From Bugula neritina (lineage: Eukaryota > Animalia > Bryozoa), in NCBI GenBank assembly GCA_964035545.1, contig OZ037769.1, positions 12,864,633-12,928,632 of the forward strand: a DNA stretch of 64,000 nt, read 5' to 3'. The position numbers and the translations under genes were made by a program. Shown here one piece after another: positions 50,801 to 64,000 of the stretch (position 1 is the stretch's first letter; every line of letters starts with the position of its first letter). Below the pieces are notes generated by a model that searched no databases, had not been told where the DNA came from, and was given only the letters and a program-made list of their open reading frames with translations.

Positions 50801-52731
50801 TATTCACCGGGTAACTCCCATCAAACAGCTTGTCCGCACTGAAACAGATCATGGTACAAGTCTTGAATCAACAGAATATACCATGTGATTTAATAAGCTG
50901 CTTTTCAAGAGTTGTCTTTCTTTGTTTGGAAATCAATCTTGAAGCTGTCAGCTAGAACTCATGTCTAGTAAAAAATAGACATTTTGTTTGATAGAAGAAA
51001 AGTAAGCGAATAACTTCTGTGTTCAATATGTATACTTTAATTGCTTCATCAACATGCAAATAGGGGCACCCTTGCAAATCTAGCTGCTAATGTTTAAAGA
51101 ATGCTTCACGAATTGAACTTTTTATGTCCGTTTTTCCCAGACCTTATAAGAATTTGGCTGCATATGTTTTAGGAGGCGAACTGGCACAAAATTGTGTTGT
51201 TGGGTGACTCAACACTTATACCTATTGTACATGAGAATATCCGGTTTCCATAGCAACTTCTGGGGAAGTCTAATTGTTGTTATGTTGTTGTATTCAGCCG
51301 GGTCCCACTCCAGCTTATAGTCATTCCATTTCTACAAGTATTTCATAAAATATGATACGATATGGTACGATATGACATATGATATAATATGACATATGAT
51401 ACGATATGGTACGATGTAAAATAAAATATTTATAATAGAATATAAATTTATATGATGTGCTAATTCATATACACATATACAATCTAAAAATTTTGGCACG
51501 TTTGTCATTGTAAAATGTTTTCCGGTAAAGCAACAAAATGTGATGAGTAACCCGCCAAATTGTTTTTTCAGAAAATTAAATACTTGATAATAATTTACTG
51601 ATAATGATATCATATCGTAATAATAGGCACTCTTCTAGGCTATGCTATATTACACTGCACTGCACTGCACTGCACTGCACTGCACTGCACTGCACTGCAC
51701 TGCACTGCACTGCACTGCACTGCACTGCACTGCACTGCACTGCACTGCACTGCACTGCACTGCACTGCACTGCACTGCACTGCACTGCACTGCACTGCAC
51801 TGCACTGCACTGCACTGCACTGCACTGCACTGCACTGCACTGAACTATATACCACATCTGATAATAACTTAACAAAATATTAAAGGTAAATATGCTACTC
51901 ATAGCTAAATAAATTTTTTTTTAATTGCAAACTATTATTAATTTTATACTTCTAGCTGAGGCTGTGACTGGCTATTTTATATATTGAATTACTCAGTATG
52001 AACCAGAATTTTCCCTATAAATTACCAATTGTCTACTCTACATGTGCACCATGCATACTGTAAAATATTGTATTTATTCTACAAATACAACAAAATAATA
52101 CAAAAAGATGTACAAGCAACAGAGTTGCCTTCTCTATGTTTTACAATAGTCCCACGTACCATTGTCAGCCAAAGGTTACTGTGGACAATCTGGTTTTTTT
52201 CATCGACGTCCATTATTTGCTGCAGGGTGACAAGGAATTCCACAATTAGCGGGGAGTCGTCATCTTTTGATGGTCTTTCATACGCATTGTATCCATCCAA
52301 TAGTTTATTTATTAGCTTCACTTCAGCTTGCCCAGCTGTAAGCAGATGTTACAATAAATACTACAATATGCCGCATTAGAGCTCATTGCAGAATAATTAG
52401 AGTTACGTGTAGTAATGAAGAAATTGAGGCAAGTTTGTGTTCTAGATTAAAAATTTAGCAAAAGAAGTTATGTTCCCGCGCCTAATACCAAAGTTTAATA
52501 AGAATATCTCAATTTTAGGTTATCTCAATTTCTCCACTACTGCTCCTATAAATGAAAAAGTAAGACATGTTTATAAAATGGTTGTATTTCTATAAATGTG
52601 TTTATTTGTATATTTTGTTAATGCAAAGTTATGACATTCTTACCATGCACAGATGCTATGGAGAAGTAAAGAACAAGCTGTGCAGCTGTCAACAAGCAAT
52701 AACAAGCACTTGACGTTTCATGCCACTTCAT
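47818..52731 (-). CDS. Nicotinic acetylcholine receptor alpha7-like subunit, about 515 aa, 9 exons
   Basis: Exons 52644-52731, 52160-52335, 51222-51331, 50579-50838, 50225-50422, 49905-49991, 49646-49755, 48985-49230, 47818-48090. [51 protein letters not shown], loop [49 protein letters not shown]. Confidence 0.94.
48321..48620. repeat. 20-bp minisatellite (catgtatatttattgtatta)n
   Basis: About 14 units seen directly. Confidence 0.92.
50068..50134 (-). repeat. Degenerate tRNA-like/SINE head
   Basis: Minus strand agccccatagtgtaacagttagcatg...ggaggtctgtgtttcgattacc resembles family B. Confidence 0.45.
51652..51842. repeat. (ACTGC)n pentanucleotide microsatellite, about 38 units
   Basis: Seen directly. 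Confidence 0.97.
52405..52550. mobile_element. Short MITE-like element with ends gtagtaatgaagaaattgag / ctcaatttctccactactgc; related end fragments at 54420-54460 and 56543-56620
   Basis: Imperfect inverted ends. The same end sequence (gcagtaatggagaaattgagaaaagcctgtgttctaga) occurs at two other dispersed sites. Confidence 0.55.
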
Positions 52732-53478
52732 GACAAGAAGTTGTTGCCCCCACAGCAGCCTGCAGTACTTACAACACACCTGTAGAATACACGAATATTT
52801 TATTGTTAAATTATTAGTCAAGTAATATATAATAATTTGTATCAACATTGGACATTTTATTTAGGTTTTTACTTAAAGCGATGATCATCTAAAAAGCAGA
52901 TAAATTTGAAAAGCAAAGAGAAATTTGCAACAAAGAAATAAAAATTAAACTTTCATCTGTATGTGTATTAAAGTAGAATCAAATGAGTTTACTAAATATA
53001 TATCAGTTATAGCTGATTAAATTGCTAATTAAGTCCCCTATGACCATAGAGCACTCTCAAGTGTTTCTTCAGAATCAGCCCATTCCTAGTACATTTATTT
53101 CTCAACGTCTGCCATGACATATGAGCGGTACATAATACCCTTTTATAAGCACCAGTATGCCATTATTGTATATAGTAATGCTTTTAGCTTAACTTTTAGC
53201 AAATTAAATCATTCTATGGCAGAAATCATGGCCAATATTAGACAACATAGTGAAAATTTCAAGAATCCAATGGTAATGTGATTACAGTAGTAGTCACATT
53301 CATAGTAGGCTGTATTAATATTTATAACATGCTGTGCTACTAATACAGCAAGCAGTATTACTGCTATACCAGACTGTATTATTATTATATAAACTGCATT
53401 ATTACTATGGTAGATTATATTACTATTACAGCAGGCTGTATTAATATTATAGTAAACTGTATTACTACTGTAGCAGGC

Positions 53479-53749
53479 GGTGTCTGGTAAAAATGGCGCA
53501 GGTAAAAATGGCACATTTTCAATATTAGGGTTTGGGTTTGGGTTGGGTGTTTAGAATGGGGGCCTAGGTTTGGGAATGGGGATTCGAGTTTGAGGTTGGG
53601 GTTTGAGGGTTGAGGGTTTGAGTTCGGGGTTTGGGAAAATTTAACATCAATGTGCCATTTTTACCTAATTTGCCATTTGTGTCATTATTACTGGTGCCAT
53701 TATTACCTATAATGCCATTTTTACCAGTGCCATTTTTACCTAAAATCAC
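53479..53749. mobile_element. Foldback/MITE-like element: inverted 15-bp subterminal repeats around a G-tract telomere-like core
   Basis: ggtaaaaatggc(g/a)ca x2 on the left, tgccatttttacc-type x5 on the right, core ttagggtttgggtttgggttggg... Flanking direct repeat agcaggc. Confidence 0.65.
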
Positions 53750-54587
53750 AGCAGGCATTATATTGCCCCATAGACCAAATAACTATCTACTATAATGCCA
53801 CAACAAATTCATTTCTTATAGACTGTTTTAATGTTTCTATTAGTAAACACTTGTTATCTTGTAAGTTTAGAATAACAGTCAGATTTGCAGCCTGCCCTCT
53901 ATTATTCAACATGTGATCCGCACTACAATTTGTCAAGTCTCAGTGGAGTAAAGGGGAACATCCCTTTTCCTGTAACTTAATCAGAAAAGTGCATACAGAA
54001 TTAGCGAATGAAATGTCTTGTTAGGAAGGCCTGTCGGCCAGCTACCAGATTTGTGTGTGTAAAATTATTACAAGATTTCACCATGCTTCTGATTATTTGC
54101 ATTTTTTCATTAACAAATGGTGCATAAGCAAAAATTGAGGCTGAAACTTTATGTGCTCAAGTACATGGCTTTAGGCATTAGTATAAAGTTATATCAAAGT
54201 CTTCAACTGCATGTTGAAAATAGTAAATTTGAACGATAAATTGATAACTTTTGTTTTATATTCTTTCAGCTATACCAACAATAATTGGTATGATAATAAA
54301 GAACATTTTACAGACATTTAGGTTCAGCAGTAGCCCAAGTTCTTTAATTTATAAATTTTAGTTTGGGAGGAGAGTTGAAATTTTCACAAGGTCATAACTT
54401 CTTTTGCTACATTGTCCATCTAGAACACAGGCTTTTCTCAATTTCTTTGTTACTGCAAATGCCTTATTGCAGAGGAAATAAAGAAGAAGTACACACATCT
54501 AACAAAGCATGCAAATGAAACTATCAACCCATAGCAGTGACTCCTAATGATCTATACACAAAATAATCTCCCAGAATGTTATGGCAA

Positions 54588-54691
54588 GTGTAAAATAATT
54601 GCTAACACTTGGAATCGAACCCGAGTCGCTGTCTTGCAAGCAAGTGTGCTACCATTACACCACGGAGGCCACCGAGTAAACTCAACACTAC
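54588..54691 (-). mobile_element. Short tRNA-like repeat, family B
   Basis: Reverse complement closely matches 33999-34103, including the leader and the aattattttaca end. Confidence 0.7.
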
Positions 54692-57600
54692 AGCAGGTAA
54701 GAACTCATATGAATGGTCAACTATGTGGTCACCAGTTCGGTCAATCTAGTGTCTGGTGGCCAGTTAATAAACTCATCATTTCCTCATACTTGGTCTAATT
54801 AAACTCTGATGAACATTTTCTAATCGTAATTGAAGAAATGGGTCTAAAATGCATGTTTATTGAATAAGTAGAAAGGAAGGCACAATATGCAATTTGGTTT
54901 AATTTCTGCAACTAATATAATATTTGCTTTATGTTTACTTACGTTGTGATGAATCAAATCTCAATGGACTTTCAAACTTGTTGCAGATAATTATGTACAT
55001 GCCGGTTTCTATCCAACATATTTTCCCAAAGGTAGTTTATTCGTTTTATTCAAAGGAAGTAATTTACATATCACATATTCTGCTTTGTGAAAAGCAGTTC
55101 AACTAAATGTAAAATGTATGACATAATAAAAACACAATATACTATGTTATAAAACATAGTTTTGTATTTTGTTTTACTCTACATTTAATTATGATTTTAG
55201 TAAAGAGTCAAGGTAATAAATTACATGTAGCGTTTGCTGTACGCTATAAATTGATATATAAACTTGATTGCTTTATATGTTCTAGTTTTGTTGTTATTCT
55301 GGTGGTTCTTAGAATGCACAAAGCAAGTTTACTAGCAACATCTATGGGGTAGAAGCTATAATCTATAGTATGCTATAAAATAGTGATATCATGCATCTAA
55401 TTTAACCTCAGTAATAGCAGGTTCTCTTGATTTATTGCCCGATGAATCTTTTTATAAATTTAGCAAACTGTGTTTATAGGTTTTTACTTTTATTATTCCT
55501 AAAATAAGTGTGAAATATTTGATAATTTTAATGTGGTCAATATCCTATATAAGTATGCTAAAACCTTGGTAGTTGTGACTATAATTATTAAATATATAAT
55601 TATGTTTATACCATATTATACTGAATAAACAATTAAATCATATGCAAATTTAGCTGATTTATATAGTATTCTGCATATTATATAGTATCTTCACCTTGGG
55701 TTTGATATTTACCCTTAAGCTTATTTGAAGTGAATTCTCGATCAGCATTGCGTATGTTTAAAAGACTTGCACTCATTTTTTGTTATAGCTCGTCCATAAC
55801 CAAAACGATATAAAAATAGTTTACAGTCATGACTCTATGGCCTATATATACACCTGCCTGCAGTCTCTTTTCAAACTTGCAGTACGTGTCTAGGCTTTGC
55901 ATTCAAAGTCATGTTTTGTTAATTCAAGAGTGAGAGTGGAGACAATTCCAACTGTATGTGTTGTTTAAGATTTTAGATTATGCAAGCTGGGTGAGCTTTC
56001 AAAATGTTGGGTTAGGAGAGTGCAGGAAGCATCGTATCTACTTGACAGACGTCATGAATATTCGACTAACAGGTCACTTCCTTTGTACAGCTGATATTGA
56101 TTTAAATGAATAATAAATAAAATATTGGTAAATTGCAAAAATTTTCAATGACGTTTGATTAGAAATGCAATATTTAAATATTAATTGTGACTTTCATTTA
56201 CCTATTTAGGTGTTTTTCTAAACAAAACTATGTCAGTCTCTGAATTTGGTGATGTAGTTGTGACTAAATATGCATCAGACATAAATATGTTTACCCAGTA
56301 GTAATTACCATCATAATTATAAGTAACTTTATATACCAATAAAAAATATATGTTCAAACTGTTTGAAAAAAGCTGTCCCAGCTACATGATTTATACCGAG
56401 TTTAGCACAGCTAGGTTTTTCAATATGTGAATATATATTAATAATTTTGGTGATGTTTGGAATATGCTGAAAAAGTAGAAAACATATTATATTTAATGAC
56501 TGCTAAATTTGCCTTAGACTTGAACTTTCCAGCAATAGAAGTATAGGTGCAGTAATGGAGAAATTGAGAAAAGCCTGTGTTCTAGATTAACAATGTAGCA
56601 AAAGAAATTGTGTTATCACGAAATTCAACGCCTCACCCCAAACAAAAATGTATTAAAAAAATTGAAGAGCTCAGGCTATTAAAATGTCTAGCTACACACT
56701 CAAATGGGGAAAAACCTATAAGCTGTGGGCTACTGCAGGAGAACAATGGCCTAGTCTAATCTAATTAAACACTCGTTTCATAACATCTGCATTTAAAAAC
56801 ACATTCACATCAATGTTTCTCTCAATCATAATTTATTGATGAGGCCTGGTTGAATAGTATTCTATTAAACTGTAGTCATATCTATACTGTACCAGCAACT
56901 TTCAATGCTTATTTTATAAACTGAGTGTTCAATCAGTAGTTTCAAAAGTCGAAGTGAAAAAGTGACTAGGTTACCTTTCTGAACAATTAAATGCAGTTTT
57001 ATAGTGAAAACAATTTTAGAATTTGCGGTATTACTTTATGTTGAATCACACTTATATTTCCAGTGATTGTATGCAGCGGGTATGATGCTGTTTGGGTGTT
57101 CAACTATATAGGCTGCTTTAAGTTTTTCTTACCATAATAACCGCTGTCTATTGCTGCCGTGACAGCTGTTAAAATTGCTGTTATTGTTCGTAAACATATA
57201 GATTGTAGTCTAAACTTGATTTCATCTGCTATCAGTTATGGCTGTTTACTTAGAGTAATAAGTTAAATGACATTCATAGCAAAAAATAACAATCTAAGTT
57301 TTTAAATACAAATATTTAAAAACTTTATTAATTATATTGAAAATTAAAAATATTCTTCAAGTATAAAGGATCAACAAACTTCCTTTTTTAAATGAGCAAA
57401 CTAATTGATGTTTTGTTTTATCAAGATGGAGGCCAAAATTCATTTGGTTTAATTTTAGGGTGTCCAATATATTTGTATTTTTATATGGCTACATGCAGTA
57501 CCCACAATTCTATTTCACTAATTCGTTAACATCTTCAGGCAAAATGCAACCTACAAGTAAAATAGTATCTGCATGCAGGTAAAGTGTTAACTGTAGGTAA

Positions 57601-60600
57601 AGTATGACCTGCAGGTAAATCACCAGCTTTCTTACAGGGTATTAGTGCAGTAATTAATGGAAACACTCTCAACTTCCTGTTTCTATAACATATGTAGCCT
57701 ACATAGTAGTCCTACAGGTCTATACTTTGAGTTTAAGGCAAACTTTTGAAAGCTAATTTTACAATGTTTACTAACATATTTTAGCTCCAGTCTCATGTTA
57801 GCAACCATTATTGCGGGTGTTGGACTACGCGCCTCGTATTTTAATGACATGAAGCTAGGAACTGTGTAAGCAAATTACCTCCAGATCTGTGGTGCCCCTA
57901 GAGCAATGACTAATCAGGAGAATTGAGTACTGTGCGAGGCAGAGGTGTAACGAGTACACGTTTACATAATGTATTACCTGCATACCTATACACACCTGCA
58001 CATGTCTCAAGTGTAGTTTGATGTTCTAAAACTATTTGACTAGGGAAAACAGAATGAATTTTAATCAATTGATATTTAGCATTTCAAACCCTGCCTTACA
58101 CTGGTTTATACAGCGGCCATGTTGAAAGCTCTTGATCATTGTGATACAGGATCAAAGCAATACCTTGTGGTACAGAAAATTATACATGAAACAATGCAGG
58201 AAAAACAAATTCAATGACACTGCCTTGTTTTCATATAATATATATCTGTGGTTCTTCTAACCTTTCATTTCATTTTAATATTTAAACTCACTATTCGAGT
58301 GAAATTTGCTGATATTTATAGGAGTAGTTTAACTTTTGTAATGTATAATTATGTGAAAAATTTTGTGTATTTTTACAAATCCATAAGTATCATGGTGTAT
58401 ATTTAAATGCTATGTTAAAAGATGTGTATTGCATAAAGAGTATTATAGGAAAAACAAATTTTCAAACAAGTACTTTCTAAACTTTATCTAAGAATGATCT
58501 AAAAGCACATGCTATTAGATACTAACAATATGTTCTACATCTACTTCACTGGTTTTTTTAAGTTATCAGTATAAGTCTTTATAGTTCAAATACTTTGAGA
58601 TACATTGTCTTTTCTTAAACATTAACAAAGTATTAATTTAAATTACTTTTCAATAATGAGCAAAGCTTTATATGTCAGAGCTTCTCAACCTATGAGTTGA
58701 ACTGGTCACAACCTTAAGATTAGTATTTTATAATCTTAAACTGAAGAAACTTTCAGCTCACAAAATAAAATAATGTAAGTAAAAGTATCAAAGTATATGA
58801 GAATAGATAATTAATTACCTTTAGCTATAGAAGTTGGAGAGTTACAGCTGAAAGAATGTCAATTAACTAGATCCAACACACCAGTGGCTGTCAGTGTTCT
58901 GGTGGCACTAAATGATCAGTCATGAATTATATAATGCTTTGATGAACCTCTTCCTAGGGGCATTCAAGCAATTATATACCATCTATAATCTGACTGTCAA
59001 TTTGTAGAAACATTTACTGTAATACATAGCTATAATGTAATGTAATATATAACAATTATAATATCTTATTTATATTAATTAGCTAATTAATTATGATTAT
59101 CTATACAGTATATGTTAGAATAATTGCCCTTCCAATGCATACGGCCTTTCATATCACTGTTCATCGCTAATCCAAAAAAATATGACTTATTTATAAATTT
59201 GTTTTTATCATAAAAATTATGCATATTATATCTTTACAAATTCACTTAGTGTAAGTTTTTTAAAAATTGTTGTTTACTATGAAATTTAATTTTAAGTACG
59301 TTAACATATTAAAGGAACAATTATGAACCATAAATTTCCCTTTTACCAATGCTTCATGTTATATGTAAACTACAGTAAGATTTATACAATAATTGGCCTA
59401 ATGACTGACACAAAGTGTGTTCAGTTGAGGGTGGTCTCATACCCTAGCCATATGCATGGCAATAAATTGATGAATATCCAGCCTTCATGCATCCAATTAT
59501 CACCAGCTGAGTGTAAAGCAGATCTGAATTCTAACACATGGTTTATTAGCAAGTGACTTTTGTTAACTTCGTGCAGTCAGTCTAATAGGAAGTGGTCAGA
59601 AAATAGTTTAACTTAAGCTTGAAAATGAAGGGATTGAAAGTGGAATAGTTTAGCAAAATAACAATACAACAATGAACATGTGAAGTTTTTAGCAATTATC
59701 AATTCAAATAGATTTATAATTATTCTTAAAACTTACAGCAGGATATATTTGCTGAAGTGGCTAACAGTTAGTACACCTGGTTTCTAGAGAGCGTATTTAA
59801 ACCCATTTGTGATATCATTTGTCATATTAGTTTTGTTTTATAAATTTAATAATTAACATATAAAGTAATATAAATAAATCAGTATATGAGATATGCTGGG
59901 TACTTAACCTAATATTCGTAGTAGCTACATATTATGTAATTTATAGTTAAGAAAACATATACCTGATTTAACAATGACTCACCAAATTAGGATAGAAATT
60001 AAAACACCAACTACCTGGTGATCTGCATCAGCAGGTGCTTGTCTCCAGTTTAAAACAGGTGCTGGTTATTAGTCATACTCTGAAAGTGCATTATTATTGG
60101 CCATGCTTTTACTGTGCACCTACGTAAGCTTTATAGTGTAGTGTCAGAATATATGCTATTAAAAACAGCCATTAATATTTTATTTTACAAAGACTTCAAC
60201 CATTAGAGATTTCCTTTGAGAAAAACCTTCCTATTCATTAAATGGCCATCTGAAGCATAGATTGCATAAAACATATTGATTATTCAGCATTCCTATAGCA
60301 TTTTTAATTATTCTATAATATTGTAGGCTTGTACACACTGAATTGCTACATATTTTTTAAAACACAAGTAAAGTTTTATAATTTGATCAAAATATAGGCA
60401 GTTGCTCTACATCCTAGCAGATTTATGGTATTTTTATAAAACCTATAATTTCAGAAATTATCAACAAAATAGTAGCAGAAACATTTACTAACTTATGAAC
60501 CCATCTCTCTGTGCACAGATCGGTAGTTTCATCTTAGATAAAGAGAAAACATATGCCAACTAAATCTGTTGGAATAGCTGTTATTACTACTATATTATAG

Positions 60601-61257
60601 TTTCAGTTTCAAAGCGTCTCATAGGAAATAAGATGGAAAATGAGTGGCAACCTGATTTCTACTTTTACCAATACTAAAAGTCAAGTTTCCATGTTGTGCA
60701 TTTGATTTCACATGTAATAAATTTGATAGATGCTATAGTAGGTTAAAGACTGCAATACTTTTAAGATGCTTAAACGCAAATAAACAAAAACTAGGCAGCG
60801 ATTTAGGTATTTATAGTTGTTTAATGACACCATCGACAGAATTGCAGATAATTAACACAACAAACAATTCACTATACAAAACACGGCATTTGGTCAACAT
60901 TTGACGAATAAAATTGGGATAGCCCATTAGCTGGACCAACTCTGTTAAGTTAAAATTTATAAAGAGAGAAAGAAAACGTTATAATAATCTATATAAACAA
61001 TTTAGTTGCAATATACAAACGTAATTTCTACGAGTGGTCGCTAACCCTGGGCATAGGGAAAACAACCCCATATTCATATAGCAATACAATAAGATTTTAT
61101 TTTAAACATAAAATTAATGAGGCTGCGATTTACAACAGACTCCAAACCTCTTTTGTCAAAATATTCTATATATTAGAGTAACAGCAGCGGGGCGGGACAC
61201 ACCCAGCCCTCCGAGCGAGTGGCTCTCAAGCTAGGAGTTGCGGTCAGGTGATAGCAT

Positions 61258-63989
<2,732 letters not shown>

Positions 63990-64000
63990 CTGTAAACAGA

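Noticed and set aside
51244-51257. Perfect X-box GTTTCCATAGCAAC
   Set aside because: Lies within the codons for the conserved LLWKP of nAChR exon 3; explained by coding constraint.
54800-61000. Hidden gene in the long intergenic stretch
   Set aside because: No chain of phase-compatible exons or recognisable protein motifs seen by eye; small exons or ncRNAs cannot be excluded.

Overview
AT-rich, intron-rich animal DNA. The gene content looks invertebrate and probably lophotrochozoan, but that is inference and the species cannot be read from the sequence. Six spliced host genes were traced by hand through GT-AG exons: (1) EFL1/RIA1 GTPase, minus strand, 14 exons, running off the left edge. (2) An SLC37/OPA-family MFS sugar-phosphate transporter, plus strand, 12 exons. 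(3) A type II PKA regulatory subunit, minus strand, 10 exons. (4) A non-alpha nicotinic acetylcholine receptor subunit, minus strand. (5) An alpha7-like nAChR subunit, minus strand. (6) The 3' end of a UBAP2/UBAP2L/lingerer-like gene, minus strand. Mobile DNA comprises a full-length 7.46-kb Ty3/Gypsy LTR retrotransposon (10300-17760) about 600 bp upstream of the EFL1 ATG, a decayed Tc1/mariner, four copies of a tRNA-derived SINE with target-site duplications, several MITE-like elements and many mini/microsatellites. The Gypsy element has apparently identical 306-bp LTRs, an ATAT TSD, a tRNA-Leu PBS and a PPT. Its most interesting feature is an intact extra 357-aa ORF in the env position that is not an envelope. 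This ORF has an acidic N-terminus, tandem C2H2/C2HC zinc fingers, a PxVxL (HP1-binding-type) motif, a basic NLS-like patch and a C-terminal coiled coil, while gag-pol carries four frameshifts. The LTR also contains a perfect 10-2-10 palindrome. Together these suggest a retrotransposon-encoded transactivator or anti-silencing system, which is a hypothesis and not shown.
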